Source: Candidatus Bathyarchaeia archaeon
Lineage (GTDB): Archaea; Thermoproteota; Bathyarchaeia; Bathyarchaeales; Bathycorpusculaceae
Length of the DNA stretch: 64,000 nucleotides
Reading direction: 5' to 3'
Assembly: GCA_038882955.1 (NCBI GenBank)
Contig: JAVZNC010000003.1
Span: 32,001-96,000, forward strand
The position numbers and the translations under genes were made by a program. Positions within the stretch are counted from its first letter, which is position 1; every line of letters starts with the position of its first letter. Under the pieces are notes generated by a model. The model ran no database searches, was not told where the DNA came from, and saw only the letters and a program-made list of their open reading frames with translations. Shown here in pieces: positions 30,244 to 38,651 of this stretch.

Positions 30244-31545
30244 CTAATGCCTTACTGCACACAACAGCCTTAATATCTCCGAGTCTCTTGATGCAACTTT
30301 CTCCCAAGAAAAGCGCGCAACATAACTCTTGGACGCCAAACTTAAACTTTCACATTCCTGAGCGTTTTTACCCAAAACTTTCAGAATCCGAGACGCTAAA
30401 CCGTCGATGTCCTTAACTGGTACAAGAAAAACGCTTTTGCACTTTCCAAAAACCTCCCTTAAAGCAGGAATATCGTAAGCCACAACTGGCAAACCGCAAG
30501 CCAAAGCCTCAGCAACGGATATACCCCAACCCTCAAAAAGACTTGGAAAAACAAACACTTTACTCTGCTTCAAAAGCTGAAAGAGTTCCACATCTGCGCA
30601 GCGTCCCCTAACAAAAACATTTTTATCCAAACCACAAAGCGCAACCGCCTCCTTAAGCGGCTCAAGCTCTAAACCGCTGCCAACAATCAAGAGTTTAGCG
30701 TCGCTTTTAACCTCAACAACCTTTTTCCAAGCCTCAAGTAAGTCGAAAATGCCCTTCTCTTTGGAGATTCTTCCAACAAAAGCTGCATCATAAATTTTTA
30801 TGTCCTTTGCGTCCTTTGAAAGCTTAACATTCTCGATCAGTTTGGCGTCCACAGCGTTTCCACTAACAAAAATTTCGGCTTTCAAAACTCCGCTGCGCCT
30901 TAAGGATTCGGCAGTAAAACTTGATACTGCAATTATGGCATTCGCCCTTCTCAGCAATATGATTGTAACATGGAAAGCAACAGCCTTAATTAGGGCAACA
31001 GCACGGCTATAGCCAACACTCCTATAACAACCGTAAAGCGAACACGCGCCTTTTCCGCCAACATTCAAAGATGGCAAGTCAATATGATGCACAACAACAC
31101 ATAACTGCCGCCTCAAAATCAAACCTAAAACGGAGCCAGCAAATAGATTTGGAAAAGTGTTATTCGGAACAAATATTATTTGAGGCTTGGCTTTTTTCGC
31201 AAGCTCTAAACCATCTACGACGGTTTTCAAAGCCCACAAAACCCAACAAAAATAGTTGCCAAGCCATCCAACGCCACTCAAACGCAAAGAAACCAAACGC
31301 CTAAAACATTTCATTTCAGAATTTGCCAACAAACTTGGCGAAGACTCCAGAATGCAAAACTTGAAAGCGTCGTTTTCGCAGAGAAGCTTCAAAGTTTCGA
31401 CAAAACGCTTTTCAGCTCCACCTATCGCTGTAACAGAAGTGCTTGGATGAAAAAACACGGCTAAAACGCGAATGCTACCTCCAGTTTTTCTAGTTAGTTC
31501 TGGCGGCGCTGCATAGCAGACTTGCTTTGGTTCTGCCTTTAACAC
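30244..31545 (-). CDS. GT4 family glycosyltransferase
   Basis: GGAEKR, FVGRISKEKG and EGWGISVAEALACGLP (Ex7E) motifs. Confidence 0.9.
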   Translation of the reverse strand: MLKAEPKQVCYAAPPELTRKTGGSIRVLAVFFHPSTSVTAIGGAEKRFVETLKLLCENDAFKFCILESSPSLLANSEMKCFRRLVSLRLSGVGWLGNYFCWVLWALKTVVDGLELAKKAKPQIIFVPNNTFPNLFAGSVLGLILRRQLCVVVHHIDLPSLNVGGKGACSLYGCYRSVGYSRAVALIKAVAFHVTIILLRRANAIIAVSSFTAESLRRSGVLKAEIFVSGNAVDAKLIENVKLSKDAKDIKIYDAAFVGRISKEKGIFDLLEAWKKVVEVKSDAKLLIVGSGLELEPLKEAVALCGLDKNVFVRGRCADVELFQLLKQSKVFVFPSLFEGWGISVAEALACGLPVVAYDIPALREVFGKCKSVFLVPVKDIDGLASRILKVLGKNAQECESLSLASKSYVARFSWEKVASRDSEILRLLCAVRH

Positions 31546-32762
31546 GCTGCTTCCACATCATCCAACTTTTGAAGAGTTTCCTCAAGAATCTCCAAATGCC
31601 TATCACAAGCGAAGTTTTCCTCAACAAAGCTCCTGGCTGCGGCGGAAAAACCTTCCTTTCCAACATCAACTATCCTCAAAATTTTTTCAGCGAAATCCTC
31701 AACGTCGTAAGGTTTTGCCCTATAACCAGTCTTGCCATCAAAAACAGTTTCGCATGGTCCGCCGTTGTCATCCCAAACTATTGCTGGTGTTCCGCAAGCC
31801 ATAGCCTCAACTGGCCCAAGTCCAAAATCCTCTTTCGGAACAGAATAAGCGTAAACGTCAGCCGCATTATAAAGCTTAACAAGTTCATTTTGAGGTTTAA
31901 AACCCAAAAACTTCACTTTATCCTCTATGCCCAGTTTTCTGGCAATTCTCAAAAGTTTTTCAACATATTGGCTGTTCTCCCTTGAAATTTCACCCGTAAC
32001 AGCCAATGTCGCCGATGGGAAATCCTTCACGACATAACTCATTACGTCAAGAAGCCACTCCCAACGCTTGACAGCAACAATCCTTCCAGTCGAGAGAATA
32101 AGCGGCCAACCTAAACCCTCTCGAACTTCCTTTACGAGCTTTTCGTCCAGAATTTTGAAGGCTTCAGTGTCGACTGGCGGATAGCAAACTTTGGCTTCCA
32201 TTCCATAAATCGCCTTTATCCTCTTTGCCGTAAAGTGGCTGTTAGCCAAAACAGCATCAGAGTTCACCACGCCCAAATAATCCAGTTCCTTCAGCAGTGG
32301 ACCAGCAACCTTGCCTAACCTAAATATTGTTTCTCTAACATCATTGAACCTCCATAGAGCCCTATCCTCCTCTTTCAAGTAGAGAAAACGCGGTGGAGAA
32401 TGAATGTAGCTAACATACTTTTTGCCGTTTAACCTTTTGCTTAAATAGCCTATCCATGGAGCTGGGCCGTAACCGTGGCAGAACAAGACATCCTCTTCTT
32501 TCAAGGCTTGCAGAGCTAATGGCGCCAGCGGCATTGACAATATTATTCTTACTGCTGGGTTGTTTGGGATTAAGCGTTTAAAGAAGCTCTTTGTGTAGCA
32601 GTGTGGGTTTTTGGTTTCTCTGCGTAGGTTTTTGTCAACATACGCGAAAAAGCATTCTGCGTTATGTCCTCTTTTCCTAAAAAGTTCTACTTGCTTAAGG
32701 ATTACTCTCTCCGCGCCTCCCAGTTCTTTTAGGTGGCTATAAAGTATGGCTATTTTCAACAA
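31539..32762 (-). CDS. GT4 family glycosyltransferase
   Basis: GGAERV, YPPVD and EDFGLGPVEAMACGTP motifs. Confidence 0.9.
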   Translation of the reverse strand: MLKIAILYSHLKELGGAERVILKQVELFRKRGHNAECFFAYVDKNLRRETKNPHCYTKSFFKRLIPNNPAVRIILSMPLAPLALQALKEEDVLFCHGYGPAPWIGYLSKRLNGKKYVSYIHSPPRFLYLKEEDRALWRFNDVRETIFRLGKVAGPLLKELDYLGVVNSDAVLANSHFTAKRIKAIYGMEAKVCYPPVDTEAFKILDEKLVKEVREGLGWPLILSTGRIVAVKRWEWLLDVMSYVVKDFPSATLAVTGEISRENSQYVEKLLRIARKLGIEDKVKFLGFKPQNELVKLYNAADVYAYSVPKEDFGLGPVEAMACGTPAIVWDDNGGPCETVFDGKTGYRAKPYDVEDFAEKILRIVDVGKEGFSAAARSFVEENFACDRHLEILEETLQKLDDVEAAC

Positions 32763-32860
32763 TTTTCATCCTCGCTTGTTCAGAGCTAGCCAGTTTTCAG
32801 CTGTCATTTCCATTTGCCATGTTCGTGTCTGTTTTGGCTTCGTGGGATGGTTCTTCTTTA

Positions 32861-32905
32861 AACGATTATTAAAAAGTTTTTAGGGGTTCGGAATCCGAAC
32901 AAGAA
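32861..32905 (-). promoter_or_regulatory. GT4 operon promoter: 19-bp motif copy 4 (contains the perfect palindrome GTTCGGA-A-TCCGAAC) + BRE/TATA
   Basis: Minus strand reads TTCTTGTTCGGATTCCGAACCCCTAAAAACTTTTTAATAATCGTT, a near copy of the S-layer promoter. Confidence 0.65.
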
Positions 32906-32977
32906 ACGCAAGAAGATACACTTAAATTCAACAGTCTTTTCTATACCACAGCACCTAAACGGAAAAGCGAAAAGAAT

Positions 32978-34060
32978 ATGAGCGAAATACCAAGCGAACC
33001 CACAGAAGCAACAAAGCTTCAGATGGAATTTGAAAGAATAACCACGTTGGTTTTAACGGAATTCCAAATAGAAGAATCCATGCTGGAACACGGTGTGCCA
33101 ACATACTACCTCAAGCAGCCACAAGAAACAAAGCAGCCATTCCTAAACCTGCTCAAAAAACTGGAAGAAATAAACTTTATCGCAGTGCTCCGAAAAATTG
33201 ATGGACGTATAGTCTTAAAAGTAATTCCAAAACCAGCAACAAAGAAAAGCAACACGTTAATTAACTGGATACTATTCTTCGCAACAATAGGAACAACATT
33301 CATAACAGGGTATTTTTTGGCCGAAGGCTTGACAGACCCATTGGTAGGTGGAGTAGCGTTCACAGTTGCGATTATGGCTGTTATTGGAACTCATGAAATG
33401 GGTCATAAGTTAACTGCAAGCAAAAAGGGAGTACAAGCTACGATGCCATACTTTATTCCGGGTCCACCGCCATTCGGAACTTTCGGCGCAGTTATAATGC
33501 AAAAAGAGTTGCCCGCCAACAAGGATGCATTGTTTGACATTGGTTCCAGCGGTCCCATAATGGGTTTTGTCGTAGCAACTGTAGTTATGGCCGTAGGTAT
33601 GACTATGGCTATTCCAGCACCACCTCCACCAGAAGGTTACACAATTTTGCCCACGCCTCTAATTTCTATTATTTTAGGCTATCTGCTTTGGGGCCTTGGA
33701 ATTTTGCCTCCTATTCCACCCAGCGGTCAACTTTTGTTTATGCATCCGGTTGAGTTTGCAGGTTGGGTTGGTATGGTTGTTACTATGCTTAATTTGTTGC
33801 CTGTTGCAATGCTTGATGGTGGGCATGTTGCAAGGTCCTTGGCTGGCGAGAAAGTGAGGACTGTTCTTTCAATTACCTCAATAGCATTATTGATTTGGGA
33901 GGGCTTTTGGGCCATGGCGATACTTGTCCTTTTCATGGCTATGCAGAGGCATCCAGGTCCATTGGATGACGTGTCAAACTTATCTAAAAGCAAGAAAATT
34001 TTAGCATTAATTTTAGTCCTTATTTTTATATTGTCTTTTCCAATTCCCCTTGGAGCTTGA
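32978..34060 (+). CDS. Site-2 protease (peptidase M50)
   Basis: HEMGH and NLLPVAMLDGG motifs. Confidence 0.92.
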   Translation: MSEIPSEPTEATKLQMEFERITTLVLTEFQIEESMLEHGVPTYYLKQPQETKQPFLNLLKKLEEINFIAVLRKIDGRIVLKVIPKPATKKSNTLINWILFFATIGTTFITGYFLAEGLTDPLVGGVAFTVAIMAVIGTHEMGHKLTASKKGVQATMPYFIPGPPPFGTFGAVIMQKELPANKDALFDIGSSGPIMGFVVATVVMAVGMTMAIPAPPPPEGYTILPTPLISIILGYLLWGLGILPPIPPSGQLLFMHPVEFAGWVGMVVTMLNLLPVAMLDGGHVARSLAGEKVRTVLSITSIALLIWEGFWAMAILVLFMAMQRHPGPLDDVSNLSKSKKILALILVLIFILSFPIPLGA

Positions 34061-34188
34061 CTTTGCGCGGGTTCCTTGTTTTGTATTTGTGTTGTGCTCG
34101 TGAACGGCAAGATTTATTAAATATTGCTATGCTTGATACTCTTGAGCGAGCACCTATCAAAAATAGAACATAACAGAAGGCGAAAAAC

Positions 34189-34413
34189 ATGAAGGGCGCA
34201 GCAATATTGCTAACATTCTTCTTGCTTTTTACATCAGCCTCGCTGCTAATTCCCTCACCTATGTTTCCCGGAAACTTTTTCTGCGCCTTAATAGGAGAAG
34301 CCGTAAGCCAATACGCCAATTATTTGAGCGCCCTTTTCAACGGAATATTTTACGGTGTGATTTTGTGGCTTGTCTTTTCGCTGATAAGCAAAAGGCTTGT
34401 GGAAGAAAAGTAG
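34189..34413 (+). CDS. Small two-TM membrane protein
   Basis: Two hydrophobic segments, a clean ATG start, and it fills an intergenic gap. Confidence 0.6.
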   Translation: MKGAAILLTFFLLFTSASLLIPSPMFPGNFFCALIGEAVSQYANYLSALFNGIFYGVILWLVFSLISKRLVEEK

Positions 34414-34438
34414 TTTAAGCATGTGCTCTTTTCTGGAT

Positions 34439-34714
34439 TCATGGCTGCTGCAAAAAGCCGATAAGCCTAATTGTGCTGCCGCATTTGTTGCACATCAAAA
34501 CTAGTTCTGCCAAATCATTGCCCTTAACCCTTGTATCGACAATCTGATAGACCTCTTCCGTTGTATCGTCTGGCGATATTATCGCTCCACATTTTGGGCA
34601 TGGAAACGCCCCGTCTCCATCAATCTTCGTTAAATCCACGGTGTATATCGCACTTTTTTTGGCAGACGCTTTCTTCATCATGTCAAACACATCTTTTCTA
34701 GATTTTGTCTTCAT
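34439..34714 (-). CDS. Small zinc-ribbon protein
   Basis: FPCPKCG...MCNKCG. Confidence 0.72.
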   Translation of the reverse strand: MKTKSRKDVFDMMKKASAKKSAIYTVDLTKIDGDGAFPCPKCGAIISPDDTTEEVYQIVDTRVKGNDLAELVLMCNKCGSTIRLIGFLQQP

Positions 34715-34792
34715 GGTTAAACTTGAATATAATTAACAATTATGAATTCAGAATACATATGCAAAATTCATCTGAAATCGATAAGAAAAGTT

Positions 34793-36451
34793 CTAAGAAC
34801 TTACGGCTTTAATTATAGCTGAGTTAAGATTTTGGAACTGGTTAAGCCATTCAATTCTCTCCATCTTCAGCCTTTTGACGTAAGAATCCATTTGTTCTTG
34901 GGAGTAAAACCTTGAAGGGTCAAACTTTGACATTTGTATCCCGTTAACCCTCTTTGGCACATAAGTGTCAAATGTTGGGTAATATTCCCATTCTATAGAT
35001 TTCCTTAAAATTCCGCGTATTATAGCTGCCATCTCTGGAATCTCAACTCTAAGCGCTTCCCTAACAACTCTATTATCGTTTTCGCTTCTTATCTCGCCGA
35101 CTCCGCCAGTGTTCAAAAGGTAACATTCAACCTTATCTTCATGCCTCTTTAAGAAATCGTAAATCCAGTTTCCCTCATAAGCCTCATCACCCACAATGAA
35201 CGGATTTGTGCCAACTTCCCTAACAGATTCTCCAGCACGCTTCGGGTCTCCAGCAGACGTTTCCACAGACTCGCCTAACATGAAGGCTGCCGCGGCTTGC
35301 TCAACGCTTAGTTTCGAGGCTATTGGAACAACAGTGTTTCTTCTCGTAATAAAAATTATAATCAGCCCGTCAACATCTTCTATGGGCGGTAGGTTCACTT
35401 CTTCAGACTTGTCTGAACCTAGGTCTTCTCTTTGTATTATGGCTCTTCCATTCTCTGTTAATGTTACATCGTCAAAGTGCACGTTGCCAAGATAATCAAC
35501 CATGACGTTCTCGAAAATGGTGTTTGTACTTATTGCCGCCCTAAAAATTATTGGCTGAATTTTTGGGTCTAAATATCCAGTTTTAAGGTAAAAGCCTCTT
35601 TCAGAACCAAGCGCTGAACCGTCAGCCCTAAGAAAGACAACATCATCCTGAACAATTTCCTGTCCCTCACCTTCCTCTAATAATCCGTGGTTGTGGCATG
35701 CGTGTGTCGTTTTTCCAGTGGCGCTTAAACCAAATAGAATCATGCTATACCTTTTGATTTTTCCAGAACTGTCTCTTGCTCTAACAATTTTTGCTCCAGC
35801 ATGAATCCCAAGCATCCCACGTTTTTTTGCCTCCCACATAGCCATCCTCAAAAAGCCCTTCTTTGCCTCCCCGTAGTAATCTGAACCAAGAACGTAAGTG
35901 ACCCCCACTTCTGGGAAAACTAGGATTTGCCTATCCTTTTCTTGCCATTCTGGCACTTGAAGCAAATACAGTTCTGGTCCTGGGGCTTCCTCGTGTTTCG
36001 GGAATAGTGTTTGTCCAACTATGTATGCTAGTCTGACCATTTCTGGTCTGTGGACGGACACGTAGTATGTGCAGTGAGGGTTGAAGTAGGTGTTTTCGCC
36101 CATTGTCCTTTCAACACAAACCAGAGGTGCATTCCTTACGTATTTGTGGACTGATTCAACGATTTTAGGAGCGTTTCGAAGGATTTCCTCTTGCCTTTGA
36201 TTTAACCGTCTTTGAAGCACCTTCTCGCTGCCAACATAAACTGTCAGCCAGGCGCTTCGGTTTTTCACGGTTGAAACGAAATTGTAGTTGCCATAAACCG
36301 TCCGCACACCGTACCTTTCAGCTATTTTTCTAAGCTCCATGGGCGCTGGATAAAACACGTTATCGCGATAACGTAAAATCTTCATGGTTTCAAGAACTGT
36401 CTGCAACACGCGTTCTACATCATTTTCTTCCATAATACTATTGACTTGCAT
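34793..36451 (-). CDS. pckA: Phosphoenolpyruvate carboxykinase (ATP)
   Basis: GSDYYGEAKKG, LFGLSATGKTT, QDD, ENV, TENGR and YLLNTG motifs. Confidence 0.88.
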   Translation of the reverse strand: MQVNSIMEENDVERVLQTVLETMKILRYRDNVFYPAPMELRKIAERYGVRTVYGNYNFVSTVKNRSAWLTVYVGSEKVLQRRLNQRQEEILRNAPKIVESVHKYVRNAPLVCVERTMGENTYFNPHCTYYVSVHRPEMVRLAYIVGQTLFPKHEEAPGPELYLLQVPEWQEKDRQILVFPEVGVTYVLGSDYYGEAKKGFLRMAMWEAKKRGMLGIHAGAKIVRARDSSGKIKRYSMILFGLSATGKTTHACHNHGLLEEGEGQEIVQDDVVFLRADGSALGSERGFYLKTGYLDPKIQPIIFRAAISTNTIFENVMVDYLGNVHFDDVTLTENGRAIIQREDLGSDKSEEVNLPPIEDVDGLIIIFITRRNTVVPIASKLSVEQAAAAFMLGESVETSAGDPKRAGESVREVGTNPFIVGDEAYEGNWIYDFLKRHEDKVECYLLNTGGVGEIRSENDNRVVREALRVEIPEMAAIIRGILRKSIEWEYYPTFDTYVPKRVNGIQMSKFDPSRFYSQEQMDSYVKRLKMERIEWLNQFQNLNSAIIKAVSS

Positions 36452-36462
36452 GTCGTCGCTCC

Positions 36463-37461
36463 TTATAAGCTGTACACAAATCCTGGAATTTTTGGGAAAA
36501 GCTGCGTTTCTCCAATGTGCCTAGCTCCGACAATCCACGCTACAAGCCTTTCAATGCCAATTCCAGCTCCAGCTGAAGGCTTTATTTTTCCTTCTCGCGC
36601 CAAATTCAATAGTACATCAAAGTTTTCCTTTTTTACTCCGTCCCTCTCCATTTTGCTAATAATTTTCTCGTATTCCCATTCCCTTCTCCCACCTGACAGC
36701 ACTTCTCCATAGTTTGGAAGGAACAAGTCATAGTTGTCCCAGAAGCCTTTCTCAAAGTCCTCGAAATCGTAAAATTCTCTTGGGATGTTTATAACCCACA
36801 CTGGTTCGCTTATTTTTGAGAGAAGTTTTTGCTCCCATTTTGCTCCAAGTTCCTCCTCAAGTTCCTTCCTGTCGTAAACCTTGAAAGGCATTTCCGGAAT
36901 TTTAAGGCTATTGAGTCTACCTAAATATGCTAGTTCCTCGCGCATGTTTTTCTTTAAGTTCCATACTAGTTCGCTCACAATCTTTTCGACCAGACTCCTA
37001 ATGCCCATAGAAGAAGCGTTTCTAACTTCAAAATCGAACTGCGTAAACTCGTAGGCGTGGACTCCGCTATATGCTCTTTCGCGCTTTTCTATTCTGACGT
37101 TTGGAGATATTATGAACAACTTTGGATGAACAAGCGAACACGCAACCATCTTATGCACTATCATGCTAAGCGTTACCCTAACGTTTTCCCCATAAACCTC
37201 AATTTCAATGCGCTTCTCAATAGAAGAATCTGGGTCTGGCCACAATGGGTCTGTGGACTTTGAGAAAACCACGGGCAAAAGCCACTCGAATCCCTCGTCT
37301 GAAAACATCTGCGTTAAACACCGCAAAGTGTAAGCCATAACTCTGCTTATACACGCTCTCCTTTGAAGTTCAAATCCAGAGAGCTTTTCCAGCGGCTTGG
37401 GAAACTCGACAGTTTTACCTTTGGAAATGATTATACTTCTTTGCGCGGCTTCACCCTTCAT
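36463..37461 (-). CDS. asnA: Archaeal asparagine synthetase A (AsnRS-paralogue type)
   Basis: STDPLWPDP, SPNVRIE, HAYEFTQFDFE, GEVLSGGRRE and GAGIGIERL; lacks the anticodon-binding domain. Confidence 0.88.
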   Translation of the reverse strand: MKGEAAQRSIIISKGKTVEFPKPLEKLSGFELQRRACISRVMAYTLRCLTQMFSDEGFEWLLPVVFSKSTDPLWPDPDSSIEKRIEIEVYGENVRVTLSMIVHKMVACSLVHPKLFIISPNVRIEKRERAYSGVHAYEFTQFDFEVRNASSMGIRSLVEKIVSELVWNLKKNMREELAYLGRLNSLKIPEMPFKVYDRKELEEELGAKWEQKLLSKISEPVWVINIPREFYDFEDFEKGFWDNYDLFLPNYGEVLSGGRREWEYEKIISKMERDGVKKENFDVLLNLAREGKIKPSAGAGIGIERLVAWIVGARHIGETQLFPKIPGFVYSL

Positions 37462-37537
37462 ATGTGTACGCCTTTCCTTCGCCAGTGTTATTACCCTTTT
37501 AGAGATGAGATGCTTGATTATAAATTTTTTATAAAAA

Positions 37538-37558
37538 TTTTTGGAATATTTCCAAAAA
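37538..37558. promoter_or_regulatory. Inverted repeat TTTTTGGAA-TAT-TTCCAAAAA, probable Lrp/AsnC operator
   Basis: Perfect 9-bp arms between the divergent asnA and Lrp genes, next to TATAAA/TTTATA boxes. Confidence 0.55.
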
Positions 37559-37572
37559 ATAGAAAAATTTAA

Positions 37573-38118
37573 GTGAATAAATGTAATAATTACAAGATTA
37601 TGGAAGTGAAACTTGACGAGAAGGATTTGGCAATACTAGCGCTAATACAGGAGAACTGCAAACTCACAGCTAAGGAGATTGCAAAAAAAATAGATTCGCC
37701 TATAACAACGGTTTTCGCCAAAATGAAGCGTATGGAAGAGCTTGGCATAATAAAAAAGTACTGCGCAATATTGGATGCCAAACCCCTTGGAAGTGGAACA
37801 ACAGCCTTCATTCTGGCATCAGTCTCTTATGGGGCGAAGGGCAATACTCCGCAGATTTCGCAAAGGGAAATAGCAAACGAAATTGCTAAATTCCCAGAAG
37901 TTCAAGAAGTTCACATAATAACTGGTGACTGGGACCTTTTAATAAAGCTTAAAGCAGAAGACGTCGATGTTATAGGAAAATTTGTCATTGACAAGTTACG
38001 GCTTGTAAAGGGTATAGAGAAAACCTTGACATGCATGGTCTTCGAAACATGTAAGGAAACAACAGCCATACCAATAAAAATTGCAAAGACAAAATCGAAA
38101 GTATTTGCCAAAAGTTAA
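37573..38118 (+). CDS. Lrp/AsnC family transcriptional regulator
   Basis: LDEKDLAILALIQEN HTH and EVHIITGDWDLLIK RAM domain; likely start is ATG 37600. Confidence 0.92.
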   Translation: MNKCNNYKIMEVKLDEKDLAILALIQENCKLTAKEIAKKIDSPITTVFAKMKRMEELGIIKKYCAILDAKPLGSGTTAFILASVSYGAKGNTPQISQREIANEIAKFPEVQEVHIITGDWDLLIKLKAEDVDVIGKFVIDKLRLVKGIEKTLTCMVFETCKETTAIPIKIAKTKSKVFAKS

Positions 38119-38122
38119 TTTG

Positions 38123-38560
38123 TCAATGTGTATCAGGCTTGCTTGAATAGTAAAGCAGTGGTAGCGCCAACAAAACAGTATCTCTGCCCCTTTTTGTTAG
38201 GGCATACTTCACTCGTAATGGCGGTCCATCTTCCACAATTCTCTCAACGTATTTATGTTGCCTCAATATTTTCAGCTTATCTGATAATGTTCGTGAGTTT
38301 ATGGCAAGAATCTTTTTCAAATCGTTAAAACTGCTATTTTTCCTTAAGAAAAGAATGTAAAGTATTTCCAAATTCCACTTTCGAGACAACAAATTGAAAC
38401 TCTCTTCTAAACCTTGAATCTCTCCTTTAAGCTTTTCCAAGCTTATCTCTTGGCTTTTTAGAATATAATGAAAAGTGTTTTCTATCCCGTCTATTGTCTG
38501 TTTCATTCGCGCCTCCACAAGCTGGCGAAATTCTTCACTTAAGGTTATTTTTGCGCTCAT
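38123..38560 (-). CDS. HxlR-family winged-helix regulator
   Basis: LSRKWNLEIL, SRTLSDKLKIL and PPLRVKYALT motifs. Confidence 0.85.
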   Translation of the reverse strand: MSAKITLSEEFRQLVEARMKQTIDGIENTFHYILKSQEISLEKLKGEIQGLEESFNLLSRKWNLEILYILFLRKNSSFNDLKKILAINSRTLSDKLKILRQHKYVERIVEDGPPLRVKYALTKRGRDTVLLALPLLYYSSKPDTH

Positions 38561-38651
38561 CCAATCACACTAGGTGTGAACAAAGTTACCTTACAATTTA
38601 TAAAGGTTTACTTATACAACAAGGTATAAAAATTACACTAGAGATGAGAAA

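Noticed and set aside
32797-32820. 7-codon upstream ORF (MANGNDS) in the GT4 leader
   Set aside because: No RBS or informative codon content; expected by chance.
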